A stretch of DNA of 63,994 bases, counting the filler, from Folioceros fuciformis (taxonomy: Eukaryota), in the NCBI GenBank assembly GCA_049999805.1. It is 4 parts of 3 records of this genome, joined end to end, with 100 filler letters (N's around TTAATTAATTAA, not from the genome) between each part and the next. Parts side by side here need not be neighbours in the genome. Positions count along the whole stretch, not along the records: positions 31,419 to 54,412 come from JBNGIO010006223.1; 3 more parts are not named here. One strand, written 5' to 3'. The notes beneath the pieces were generated by a model. The model had not been told where the DNA came from and searched no databases. It saw only the letters and a program-made list of their open reading frames with translations. Positions 38,865 to 50,800 of this stretch are shown here, piece after piece. The position numbers and the translations under genes are program-made. Positions within the stretch are counted from its first letter, which is position 1. Every line of letters starts with the position of its first letter.

Positions 38865-40889
38865 TTAGTCGCAGGCAGACAGTGGGTTAGTTGCTTGGAT
38901 TAGCCAAGCCAAATCGTCGCCTGAGAGGTGGGGAGACAGGGCCTTGCGACAGTCGAAGTGATACTTGTCAATCCAGCCGATCTCTTCTGGAGTGAGCAGG
39001 GAAACATCCATCAACTTCTGTTGGTAGGGTACCCATGTAATATGCTCAAATTCCAGGTAGCCTTTCTCCCCGAAGTTGTGTTTCACCTCTGCTTCTTTTA
39101 TGATCAAAACATTCTCTATCCTTATCCCGAAGTTGCCATCCTCGTAATAGCCAGGCTCGTCGGTGACTGTCATGTTGGCTTGCAACGAAACGTTCCGGGC
39201 CTGCGGCCTGAAGCTGATCAGGTGGGGTCCCTCGTGCACATTGAGGTAAGAACCCACACCATGCCCTGTGCCATGGCGGTAGTCGAGCCCATCCTTCCAG
39301 AGAGGGAGTCTTGCGAGGATATCTAAGGCATGACCAGTGGTGCCATTGGGGAAGACAGCCGTGTCCAAGCCTATGTGTGCCTTGAGGACCCGTGTGTAGC
39401 AAGCCTTCTCATGGGCCGACGGCTTCCCGAAATGCATGGTGCGCGTGATGTCGGTGGTGCCATCCAGGTACTGCCCACCCGAGTCGCACAGATACATAGA
39501 GTCAGGCTGCATCTCCGCGCAAGAGTCCGGCACAGCAGAATAGTGGATTACAGCCGCATTGGCCCCCACGGCGGAAATGGTGTCGAAGCTGAGGCCCTTG
39601 AAAAGCTCCCGCTTGGAGCGAAATTCCTCCAACTTGTCGCTCACACTAATCTCGGTCATCTTCTCCTTATCCGAGCGCTTGCGCTTCAGAGAGCCCTTGC
39701 CATCGTTGCCCTCGGAGAAGTAGCCCGCTGCCCCATACACCTCCTGCATCTGCCGGTCCAGCCACGCGGTGTGACACACGACGGCTGCCCCGTCCCGGAT
39801 GTGTGAATTACGCATGCCCTGCAGCTCCACGGGATGCTTTAGCGCCTTGGCCAGGGCCAAAGGGGACTGCTGCAGCAGCACCCTGTCCTGCGGCAACCTG
39901 GTGTAGAGCGCGTAGCTGCAAGAGGCAGGGTCAAGCCACACCAACTTGGGAGCATCGCTTGAGCCGTGGTCGTCCTCCTCCTCCACCTCTTCCTCCGATC
40001 CTTCCGCGGAGGGCTCGGGCTCAGGATCGGCAGCTGCAGCGCAGACCCTGCCCAGCTCCTCCACATCCGGCAGCATCCGGTCGTAGTCCCGGATCTCCAC
40101 TCCGTTCTCCCGCAAGTAATGCTCCACCACCTCGTCGATCTTGCGCCGGTCCACGTAGTAAAAGGCAGAATGCGCGGTGACGATAGCGAAGGCGTGCACC
40201 ACGGGGTTGTAGAGCACGTCAGAGCCCCGCAGATTATAGAGCCAGGCCACCTCGTCCAGTGTGGTGACGAGGATGGCGTACGCCCTCTCCTTGGCCAGAG
40301 CCTGGCGCAGGTCGTGCAGCTTGTCCCTGGCGAGCCTGCCGGCGAAAGCCACGGCGTGTGTATGGACGGGAGCCAGCGCGGGCCTCGGCCGCGTCTTCCA
40401 CACCTGATCCACAAGATTATGCTGCAGAGGCACCAGCTTTAGGCCGCTCCGCGCGAAGGCGTGCTCCCAGCGCTTGGCGGAATCCACCGAAACGCACCAG
40501 GGGTCCACCCCGACGGCGGCCCCGCGCGACAGGTGATCCGCCAGCCAAGTCTCCAGCGGTGGCTCCTCCCCGCCTCGCATCAACTGCCATGCGCTGCTCA
40601 GCTGCTGCTGTGCTTGCAGGAAGTAGCGGCCATCGGTCCACAGCAGCGCCTTGCTACCCGTGATCACGGCCACACCAGCGCTGCCGCTGAAGCCGCTCAC
40701 GTACTCCCGCCGCTTGTCTGAGTCCGCCACGTACTCGCTTTGGTGCGCGTCCTCCGACGGCACCACCAGCGCCTCCAGCGCCGGTGTGTGGGCCTGCATC
40801 AGCGGCCGCAGCAGCCCCACTGCCTCTACCTCTACCTCTCCGTTTCCCTCTGCCTCGTCCCGCTCTTCCTTCCCCTCCGACTCCTCCAT
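38865..40889 (-). CDS. APP1: Aminopeptidase P1 (Xaa-Pro aminopeptidase, M24B), intronless
   Basis: VPSEDAHQSEY, LWTDGRYFLQA, DSGGQYLDGTTDITRT, HGTGHGVGSYLNVHEGP and EPGYYEDGNFGIRIEN. First ATG is at 40889; the ORF track uses an upstream GTG. Confidence 0.94.
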   Translation of the reverse strand: MEESEGKEERDEAEGNGEVEVEAVGLLRPLMQAHTPALEALVVPSEDAHQSEYVADSDKRREYVSGFSGSAGVAVITGSKALLWTDGRYFLQAQQQLSSAWQLMRGGEEPPLETWLADHLSRGAAVGVDPWCVSVDSAKRWEHAFARSGLKLVPLQHNLVDQVWKTRPRPALAPVHTHAVAFAGRLARDKLHDLRQALAKERAYAILVTTLDEVAWLYNLRGSDVLYNPVVHAFAIVTAHSAFYYVDRRKIDEVVEHYLRENGVEIRDYDRMLPDVEELGRVCAAAADPEPEPSAEGSEEEVEEEDDHGSSDAPKLVWLDPASCSYALYTRLPQDRVLLQQSPLALAKALKHPVELQGMRNSHIRDGAAVVCHTAWLDRQMQEVYGAAGYFSEGNDGKGSLKRKRSDKEKMTEISVSDKLEEFRSKRELFKGLSFDTISAVGANAAVIHYSAVPDSCAEMQPDSMYLCDSGGQYLDGTTDITRTMHFGKPSAHEKACYTRVLKAHIGLDTAVFPNGTTGHALDILARLPLWKDGLDYRHGTGHGVGSYLNVHEGPHLISFRPQARNVSLQANMTVTDEPGYYEDGNFGIRIENVLIIKEAEVKHNFGEKGYLEFEHITWVPYQQKLMDVSLLTPEEIGWIDKYHFDCRKALSPHLSGDDLAWLIQATNPLSACD

Positions 40890-41266
40890 GATGCGCAGCC
40901 GCTGCGCCAACTCTGCTTCCACCTCCTCCGCCACTTTGCCAGGCCTCGCACTTCAAACGAAAAAGGCAATTCTTGCCACAACCTCCTAGCACCCGAGCGA
41001 TAGACGAGGCCGAGGGCTCGCAGCGCCGCAACTCTCCACAAGAGGGCCCATCCAAGGCTAGACTACGTCTACAGACAGGAATATACGTCTAGGAAAAAGA
41101 GGGTAGATAGGTCCTCAAATTTTTAGTAAAAAGTTCCGTGGAGATAAACAGGTACGTTTTCCACAGCCAGTGAACGAATCCGCGTCATGAGCAAGCATTC
41201 AAGGACACTACTACCCATGAACCCATACCGATGACCTGAATACATAGACTATACGTTCCGTGAAAA

Positions 41267-43831
41267 CTAGATCGACAATTTCTCCTTCTTGACGGCGTCC
41301 CACCGCCAGATGCATCCATCTTCGCAGCAACATAGAATCGTGCTGCGCCACAGGACAACGTAGAGGCAACACATTGGCTTAGTAGCTGCTGCTGCTACCC
41401 GCTTGTGCATGTGGATTATGATCAAGCAGAGGCTCTCACCTGCCGTCAAACGAGGTGGCTGTCTGCCGGATGGGTGATTTACATTGTGCATGCGATAACC
41501 TGGGCAGAGATCCAAGCGCCAGAAAAGAAAGCTTCAAGCACCAGACATATGAGGAGGTGCTGTACTTGCAAATGACCAAATTGCTGTCCAGCTTACATTG
41601 CGACCAATCTGGGAGGACAAGATTGTGGCTCATAAACATACACTTTCCCCTCTCTATTGCCTGCACAATCACAGAGCGTCGTTGAGGTTGAAATGTTGCA
41701 CAATGGAGGTACTGCCAACACTGCTGCCAAACCCAACTTACCAATGGTTAAAATGTTGAAGTGAAAGTCAAACGAGAACTTGATAAACCAGATATCACAT
41801 TGTGGAACTGGGTACCTCTGAAGAACGTCAACAGAGCCCTGCAAACATTTCGTTCACCTCATTATTGATGCTGATCTGCTATTTAGGGGGACAAGACGAT
41901 CCACTCACAGACTTACTTCCGTTGTGCTCCCTTGTTCTTTCAGCAAGGGCTCCCACAACAGGATCTCATTATCCACACTCTGCATGACCACCGTGAGGTA
42001 AGGAGTGCACATTGGATGCTTAGTTTAGTGCATCTTATTGAAAAAACCACTGTTACCTTCGAAAGTATAAAATCACCTAGCCAGCGAGTACAATCCACAT
42101 AGTTTGTGTGCACAAGTGCATTGAAAACCTGAAGCACATCCGTCAGATAATCGAGTCTTCGTTTACATAAATGGTCATTGACTTGACTCTTGTTCCATTT
42201 CAACTTCAAGCACTCGTACCCAGGCCTACTTACAGGAAACTGAACATATTTGGTCGGAAACTTGGAAGGGGAATCCGTCCAAGACAAAGACATCTCCACA
42301 TATTTCCAAAAGTCTGCACAGGCAGAAACACATCACCATCGACTACAAAAAAGGCCTACACTTTACTAAGCCTACAGAGGTGTTTAAACGCGATGCAAAC
42401 GTAATTCTTCCCACTATACACAAATTGAAACACTTCCCCCAACATTCAAAAGCTCATTGGTGCCACTTGCAATTACCTTTTAAGTCCCATATTTTGATAG
42501 TGTTGTCCATTCCACAGCTTGCTACTTTTGTAAGATCTGCAGGATGGAAGTCCTGAACCACAGCAAATGAAAGTCAGGACCACCTCCAGTACAAACGTAC
42601 TACCAATTACAACCATCCGAGACACCAATAGGGATACAAACAATAGGGCCACAATGGGCCTAAACAAAAATAATCACCTAACATATCCACATATACTTGC
42701 GGCACAGCCCGGCTCATATAAATGGCAGGGGGGCCTTCAACACGTACCACACTAAGGACTTCGTTTCTGTGTCCTCCAGCTCCGGCGAAGACCAAGACAC
42801 ACACTCCAGTAGAAACGTTCCAAAGCCGAATGGACTCATCCTAAAGCGCATCCACAATGCCACAAATCAAACGAAAATAGTGAGAAAGGACCATAGAAAA
42901 ACAAACAGAAAGATTATTACCTTACTAGCAGACGCAACTAGACAAGGCTTCAATGACTGTGTCCGTAACTCATTCACAGAGTCTCCATGCCCAATGAAGC
43001 TCTGTCAGTGGATTACATCCTAATCAAGAGTCAAAACCTTTGGAAAACCGTACTTGTTATTGGTGGGAAACAACCATACAACACCACAAGTACCATGTGA
43101 AGCTTCTCCTTTCCACAATCAATAATGCGTATGACTCCATTGATTCCGCTAGCTGCAACCATCGGTGAGCCTCCATCACTGTAGCACCAGCTGACTGTGT
43201 AAAATGACTCCTCTTTCTGCGCATGTTAAGAAAAGGAAATAAATACATGCGGAATGGCTGTCATCTACAAAGGTAAGGGGCAGCAGCCAAGCTCAAGGAT
43301 AAACAAAGCAGTTTGGCACCGTTTTTGACAAGCAGGGGAAATTTTCAGATGGATACATCTTCGTCAACATACGCTTGCAGAACAGCTAGGGCTCCTCCCT
43401 CCAAGCAGCAGTATACTGTTATCTGCCAGCCACCACTTACACAATGAAACACGCAAAATTCTGACTTTCGACTGGAAGCTGTCACATGTGTGAAGCCAAG
43501 ATAGGTTGCAGTCTCTTGCGAGGCACAGAGGATAGATACCAACCCTGTTACCCCCCGCTGAAGCGAAGCAGCACTGATGGCGGGAGTCGAGGGAATTGAA
43601 ACATATAGCATACAGAGGACGCTTGCCCTCCTGCAATCGGTTAGTGACTTGGTACTCTGTTGTGATATGCTCCTCGAACGCTGATGGCTGTTCATTAGTG
43701 TCCGGAGCTAGACCTTCCTCAACTCTGATCGTGCTTTCTCTGCGCAACGAGGGATGACCGTTGGACCCAGGGATCACTGCCTCCTCGTGAGTAGTCCCCG
43801 GCCTTCTCGGGGCGACGACGGTCTGCTCCAT
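41267..43831 (-). CDS. FIE: Polycomb PRC2 WD40 subunit FIE/EED, multi-exon
   Basis: YQVTNRLQEGKRPLYA, ESFYTVSW, GHGDSVNE, FAGAGGHRNEVLSV, ASCGMDNTIKIW, VHTNYVDC, CDIWFIKF and CEDGCIWRWD. Confidence 0.95.
43217..43356 (-). other. Candidate U12-type GT-AG intron in FIE
   Basis: 5' GTATCCAT, branch-like TTCTTAAC about 8 nt before the AG, and no polypyrimidine tract between them. Joins YVDED/KEESFY. Confidence 0.65.
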
Positions 43832-44062
43832 AGCTTATTCTTGCTGGGCTGTCATCAGTTTTGATCACAGGTCACGTTCCACAAAGACGACTAAGGGATC
43901 CTTTCTTGGATGTAGATTCAGGGTCCACGGTGCACCTATAAGCTTGTACACCGTGCTCAAGACCGTAGCCCTAAAGTGCCACCTGAAATTTGGTTGAACC
44001 CTACTGGAGCTGTCTATGAGAAACTTGAGGCGCTTGCGCGAGTAGTGACGGCGCTTGCACTT

Positions 44063-45211
44063 ATGTCAATGTTGAGAGAGGGCTGCCTCTGTGTACTCCC
44101 CGGTGCCACCCGCAAGGGTAGTAGCAGTGTGCTAGAGCATAGGGTTGTGTGGTTCATCACCGACGCGACAGGCTCTTCCCGTCTCACCTGGCAAGCGACG
44201 AAGTCAATATTTGGTTACGGGCGGTGTACTCATATTAGCAAGGCCAGGGTCTCCGTCTCCCAAGGTAGAAGCAATACAGACAATCTGCAGATCATAGAAT
44301 CCAATGCCGTTTCAAATGAGGATGGGAGTGCCTCTAAAGAAGGACAGGGTGATGCTTGGATTGTGGAAGAAGTCATCACGCCTTATAATCAGATAACTGT
44401 GATTGAGATGGATGCTGATGCTGAGCATGAGCTAGCAGGGGCGTGGGTTTTGAAGTTGGATGACCAAGATCTTGCCCATAGCGTCTACTGGAACGATGGA
44501 AGGCGGTTGACAGGATCTTACTATGATGAGGTTGCACTTCTTCCCCCGTTACTTCCTGAAGGGCCCATAGGAATCTACGGTTTGGGAGCTGGTACAGATG
44601 CGCGCATTCTACTGCAACTGTGGCCGCAATTGCATCTGGAAGGGTGGGAAATTGACTCTGAAGTGGTGAAAATGGGTCGTCTGTACTTTGGGCTCTCGCA
44701 ACTAGAGTTGCAGGAAGGTGATGGCGGAAAAGCTGCAGGTAGGAAAAAGAGGACAGGGACGCAACGTTCCGTGGTGCAATCTTCGGCGGACGAGATATAC
44801 AGTGGGTACCTAGTTGTTCATATTGGGGATGCGTTCAAGAAGTCGGCGAGAGTTGACGGAGGCTTTGCGGGCCTGTTTGTTGATCTTTACAGCAAGGGGC
44901 GCATATGTGAAGCACTTACTCGTGAAGCCACATGGGCAAGGTTTAGGAAACGACTTCGGGAGGGAGGTCGTATACTGGTAAACTGTGGCGGGCCCCCGAT
45001 AGACGGGGACAGTGCTGCATGGAAGGAGCAGATGTTCGCCACGGCAACGGCCATGGCTGGTGCGTTTGATGGGGACATTTGCATCAAGGAAGTGGAGGAT
45101 GAGTCTCGGAATGTGATGTTGATGTCCGGAAGTTTGCCAGACCCATTGTGGTGGAGTGCGCAGTTACCAGACACTATCGAACGAGGTGTTTCGGGCTGGA
45201 GACCTTGGTGA
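44063..45211 (+). CDS. Class I SAM-dependent methyltransferase superfamily protein (spermidine-synthase-like), intronless
   Basis: LTGSYYDE, GPIGIYGLGAGT (motif I), LEGWEID, FAGLFVDLY and GGRILVNCGG. Confidence 0.85.
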   Translation: MSMLREGCLCVLPGATRKGSSSVLEHRVVWFITDATGSSRLTWQATKSIFGYGRCTHISKARVSVSQGRSNTDNLQIIESNAVSNEDGSASKEGQGDAWIVEEVITPYNQITVIEMDADAEHELAGAWVLKLDDQDLAHSVYWNDGRRLTGSYYDEVALLPPLLPEGPIGIYGLGAGTDARILLQLWPQLHLEGWEIDSEVVKMGRLYFGLSQLELQEGDGGKAAGRKKRTGTQRSVVQSSADEIYSGYLVVHIGDAFKKSARVDGGFAGLFVDLYSKGRICEALTREATWARFRKRLREGGRILVNCGGPPIDGDSAAWKEQMFATATAMAGAFDGDICIKEVEDESRNVMLMSGSLPDPLWWSAQLPDTIERGVSGWRPW

Positions 45212-45457
45212 ACGTTTTTGAGATACTGGAGTCTCAGGAATGCTGGGACTGGACGGTTGTGCACCGCACGAAGCAACTAATGCCTTCACTATGTCAGCTG
45301 GGTCGTGAAGAAAGGGTGAAGCTATGGAATGACATCACATGTACAAGAACAACAAGCGACTGACACAACCCATAGTCAGTTGCACGGTCGATTAGATGGG
45401 TATATGCCCCAGTTCCTCTCACACGGAAGAAACAGCAAGTATTTAGAAGGGGGAGGT

Positions 45458-46524
45458 CTAAAAGACACCCGGTCCACCTCGCATGTTTCTCAAGTTTGTG
45501 TGCGGGGCGCGCTTGTAAATGTGGTCCTCGCAGACACTGGGCTTGAGGGTTAGACAATCCAGGAAAAGACCGCCTTTCCAGTATGAAGAGTCGACTTCTG
45601 TGACGACGAAGTCTAAATTGAAGTGCTTGACCTGGAAGCGTGCACCGATAATCCTGATTTGACCAACTTCAAACTCGAACCACTCCTGGTACCCGCTCTT
45701 TTGAGGCTGCGCTAAATCAAGCTCTCTGCAAAGGTGCTGGCCGTCACTTGTAATGGCAGAGAACCGCAAGGGCTGCTTCCAGGAGAGGAAGTGCGCACGG
45801 CCACCCATGGGATTGGAGACTTTCAGTCGCCAGACCAGCGAAAACACTCCTGGAGGCAAGGAGCAACTCCATTTTCCTCGAATCTCAAGCCAATTAGTCG
45901 CAAGCAGATGTGCGACCTGAAACAGAAAGGCGCACGCAGCTGTCACCAAACAAGGCTCAGCTTCACGAAATAGTGAACAACAAGATGCAGTCAGGCTGTG
46001 AGGAGGAGGGGGGAGGGGGAGGAGAGATCTCCTACCTTGGGAAAGTAGGAGGTAGACGACTCCTCCCATCTCCAGAAGCGCTCGTCATGCCTCCAAGCCA
46101 CATCCATTTCTGCCACAGACAGCATCAAGCAGACGCTCCCCGAGAGAGGCAGAAGCAAGTACCTGAGCAGTCCGGCGCCCAGATACACGCCGCGAGCCAG
46201 CCACTCCACAACATCCCTCTTATTCTCAGGAAAAGAGGCACAGCTGTTGCTTTTGCACAGCAGAGCCTTTGCGCAAACTTCTGCATAGTTGGACGGCAGA
46301 AGATTCTCCCAGGTGATGTCAGACCTGGCCGCAGCCGCGAAGGAGTGACACACGGATGCCAACCTAGAGGCGTCGGCGGGCGTGGTGCAAGACAGAACGA
46401 GCGCAAGGCAATCTGGTGGGAGGCACGACAGATTCTGCTTCAGGTCCTGGCCCTCCCTCTGTTCCTCGTCCTGTGCCGCCGCTGCCATGGCTCGCCGCTG
46501 ACAGGCGGCCGCATCATCTGCCAT
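45458..46524 (-). CDS. F-box phloem protein 2-like protein, two exons
   Basis: F-box LSCLPPDCLALVLSCTTPADASRLASVC, followed by PP2 domain CLMLS...AWRHDERFWRW, WLEIRGK, WFEFEVG and WKGGLFLD. Confidence 0.88.
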
Positions 46525-46834
46525 ACTATGATGCTAGAACTCCACCACTGTCGTAAGTAACGAGACAGTCGGCCGAATTACCACGTCGCGCTGCTGGTGG
46601 CACAAAACCCCCGTGCTATGCGCCGCGGCAGAGCATTCTAGGTCCAAAACGCGCCACGTCACCGAGGCGGGGGCTAAGAGTTGATTGAGCTCTATCCCTG
46701 GGACGGGGTTTAGTCAGGACCAGCAAAACGATTCGTGGCGTGAAGCAACACTCTCGGAAACTCCTAATTCGCGTACTGTACTTATTGTTTGCGACGTGAT
46801 CTACACCACTTTTGCATCGCTAGTTTCTGGCATC

Positions 46835-47658
46835 ATGGCGCTGGCTGCCCCTGGCGTCGTCTTCAATGTCAGTGGCTGCAATGGACTAGCCGCCAGGCGC
46901 TCCTCTCCCACCGCCACCTTCTCCGGCCGCTTCTCCCTCTTCCACTCATCAATGCGTCAGCGCTCCACGTGGTATGTCACGTGTTCCGCCACACAGGAGA
47001 AGGAGAAGGAGGAGGAGAGGGGGCAAGAGCAGGCCGACCCGTCAGACGTAGAATCTGTGACACGCAAATTCGGCTTAGAGGCTGGCCTATGGAAGGTATG
47101 TTGCCTGCCTTTCTGTTTGTATGTACTCTTTACTCTTCGACATCGTCCATGACTTATCGTCTATGGGATCGGGACACCAGATCTTCACTTCCAAGGAGCA
47201 GGACAAGCCAGGTGAGGAGAACAAAGGTAAAAAGCAAAGTCAAGCCAAGGAGCTGCTTGCACGATACGGAGGTGCTTATCTGGCCACTTCAGTATCCCTC
47301 TCCTTGGTGTCATTCGGCCTCTGTTATGTGCTCGTCAATGCTGGGGTGGATGTAGCATCTCTTCTCTCGCAGGTAACTCATTCTTTATTAGCTGCGGGGC
47401 TTGCGCCAAAGGCGCAGTGGCTTAAGCAAAGCCTCAACCAACTCACTCCGTCTTTCGTCTTTGCAGGTCGGGATCGAAGCAGATGCTACTGGAGAGAAAG
47501 TGGGCACATTTGCCTTGGCATATGCCGCACACAAAGCGGCTTCGCCTATCCGATTTCCTCCCACTGTGGCCCTTACTCCAATTGTTGCCGGATGGTTCGA
47601 CCGGAAATCCAAAGCAGACAATCCAGAAGCCCACGAGTCTTCTGCAGAAAAGCAATAG
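46835..47658 (+). CDS. DUF1279 family protein, probably plastid-targeted, three exons
   Basis: KFGLEAGLWKIF, AKELLARYGGAYLATS and FALAYAAHKAASPIRFPPTVALTP. Confidence 0.88.
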
Positions 47659-47889
47659 GGATAGGTATGTATTTATTCGCACCCTTCGAATGGCATCATT
47701 TTCGTCGCCACACTTCAAGACGGGGAGGCCAGTTCGTTTCTGTCAGATCCAGCCCTGGCCTCCTAGTATGATCTGGGTGAAGTTGACTCACCGTCTCTAC
47801 AGTCACTCTAATCCTCCGTACTTCCTTGCCAGGACTGTGACTTGATTTGTGTTCCATAGTCTTGTCGTTCTGTCTGCCCATTCATGACC

Positions 47890-50800
47890 TCAGCGTGTAC
47901 TGTCTTTTGCTGCAGTCCATGTTTGTGCTCCTCGAAATTTCTTCTTCCCGAGGTAGTTTATGTTCTCCTTCTCTCTCTGTTGTAAAGAAGTTAAAGTTTT
48001 CTGAAACTCGAACGTCCCTGCCACAATGAACCAAATGAGAGCGATCAATGCCAAGGGTTAGCAGTAGCAACGGGCATCAGTAGATGTATACCTGTTTTGC
48101 TCGAATTCTCAAAATTTGGTGCAGAGCTTGTTGACACTTGTTTCCATAAATCTTGAGCCCTCGCCTGTGCTGCTCCTGTTGTTGCACCTTCTGTGGAATT
48201 GGCTTGCTTCGTCTGTCTGGACGTATCCCGGTTGTGTGTCGAAGAGGCGTGTTGGATGCGACCTAACTCTTGCCATCTCTGAGCCAACGAGGAGTAAAGT
48301 GTTTGAGATTTCTTGCACCCCTCCATTACTTCTGCACCGTTGTCCAATGACTCTGCTCCCGGCTGTTGTGATGAACCTGAAAGTCTCCTGTTGAACATGT
48401 GTGTCCTGAAGCCACCTTCGAACAGGGGGTTTTCGATTGGATTGGAAAATTTTCCTGGAGTTAGTGCACCCTTCTGACGCATCAAAATGTCTTCCTCGAG
48501 ACAGGAATTGCAACCACCCAGTTGAAATACAGCCTCGTGCGCAGCAACCCTTTTGCTGAAAGAACTCACAATGTTGTCCACACCCAGTGAATGTCTATAT
48601 GCCGAATCCAGCTGTATGGCTCTGTGGAGGAGCGTGCGCCCGCCGAAGGAAGATCTCGCTGCTGAATCTGGTTGTTCAGGCTGTCCGACAGTGGACTTAC
48701 AGTAGACATCAAGATTGCCAGTGCAGTTCCTCATTGGTGAAAACAGGGGGTTTATGTCGCTCATCTTCATTTGTTCTTGCGCATTTGCTTTTTCGGGAAG
48801 TTGTGAAACAATGCCGCTTGTGTTACGAACGTGAGGAAGCGATAGATCCTTTGATGGACAACGCGCCGGAGGTTGAACTCGTCGCTTCAAAAAGTCAGGG
48901 ATCTCGCGTGGCTGCACGAGTAGGCATGGGTCAGAACTGAATACACCATTGCAAACGCAGTAGGTGAACGCCAGGCAAGCAGCCAAAACCACCTGACTTG
49001 GAGCACCACAGTTTTCCTGGCCATCTTGGGGCGTAAGGAGCTGTGAGCAGGGGCATAAGGAGCTGTGAGCCTTGCCCATGCACAGAGTCTCAGAACTCTT
49101 TTCCCGTAAGTCTGCCCTTCCTTCTCCTTCGCAAGACTGTTGATGGATGGGCGGAGAAGCTTCATCTCGCCCTTTGGTTGCAGGCCCTGACAGAGAAGGT
49201 GATGGTAGCTGGAGCATGCCTGCAAGTCAGAACGAGACGTTAATTTTCGTCAGCCCACCATGTGAGACTTCAACCCAAGCGATAGCCAGCTTAACTGCTG
49301 TCTGCCCTGATTGCCCCGTACACTGCCTCTCTACCTGTCCGTTGTTCTGACTGTCCTGTACTTTTCACTGGGACGCCATAACAAGTCCTTTCTGGTGACC
49401 TTGACTTCGAGTTCTGCAGCATATTCCAGAGCTCGACCTGCACAGGGTACGTCAGTTACCTGATTCTGGCAAGTAGCATGGTGATGCCCATAGTAGTAAC
49501 ATGTTAGGAATAATACTACGGCATGCAACCTGAACACTCTCGATTTCTTCTTTTGTACAACGCCTGAGATCGTCGAACTCCTTGATGAGGACATGGTGAT
49601 GCTGCCTGAGTCGTTCAAGCTCCTGCACACATGAGCAGATGCATGTGGTAACTGATTATCCGACATAACTTCGCTGCAGCCAAATTTGGCGTTGACGACG
49701 TGCCTGGTGAAGGTCTTGGTTGGGCGTAGTTTCTGGAGACCAGCTGTCTCCACCTTTCTGATCTATCTCGACTTGGTCGCCACCTGGCGATGTAACCTAC
49801 AAGAAATACGAGCCGCCGTTTTAACTAATGGAAACGAGAAATCAGTCGTGGCATTGCCGGCAACTTGCACACCAATGTCATGAGGAGAAGTGCACAACCT
49901 GAATGGGGCTGTTGTATGGAGCTGCTTTTTTGATTGATTTTTGAGCTTGATTTCCCACTTCATGAGCTTCAGCTGGACTGGCGTAGCCCTTACAATCTGG
50001 TAGTTCAAGTTCAAGCTTCTGCTGCGGAAGTTCAGGTTTCATCAGTTGGATACGCCTGATGGAGTTGGTTGTCACCAGGGTCCTTGTGGCTCCCCTCATT
50101 CTCTGCCCTTGCACCTCTGACAGCTCACCAGAACTCTTGTAAGCAACCAAGCCTGTTCTGAACACAGGATTGCGGATGAATCCCTTCGTGTTTGTGCTTG
50201 CTGATCGAACTGCTGAAGCAGTGCCATCTTCCAGCTGCATGGAAGCTAGCTTCCGGAAGGATCTGACGACACCCTTGCCCTGCTGCCGGTTAGCGGCTGA
50301 GGGACCAAGCCTTGTGGACCTCTGCTTCGACGCTCCTTTCACTTGTTTGGATAGAGGGCGGCTTGCCATGGATGTTCTCTGAAGGGACTCAAAAAGCTTG
50401 ATCTCGTCCTCAAAGTCGACTGTGGGACTAGTGCAGCATGATGCCCTGATGTGGGCCAAGGAAGGAAATGCCGTTCCTGCTGTGAGATGGATGCTCGCAG
50501 CAGTGAGAAGACCTCACAAGCAACTTCTTAAGGAACCAGAATGTATTCTTGAAATGCCACTTTCTTTTGACGTAACCAAGGTTTGATGAAAGGGAACATC
50601 CTTACCCGTGGGCTTCAGGGAGCCACATGGAGGTGCTTGCCACACTGTTGCTCTCCACTGTGCTGTCTCTGTCTCCTTTCTTGTTGTACGTCGGCTTGCT
50701 TTCTCTCCACGTTGATTTACACCGCTCTCGACGTCACCTATAAGCAGAACTGGACCACTGTCCTTTCTAGACTTGCTAGAACCTTGAGGGGAACAACCTA

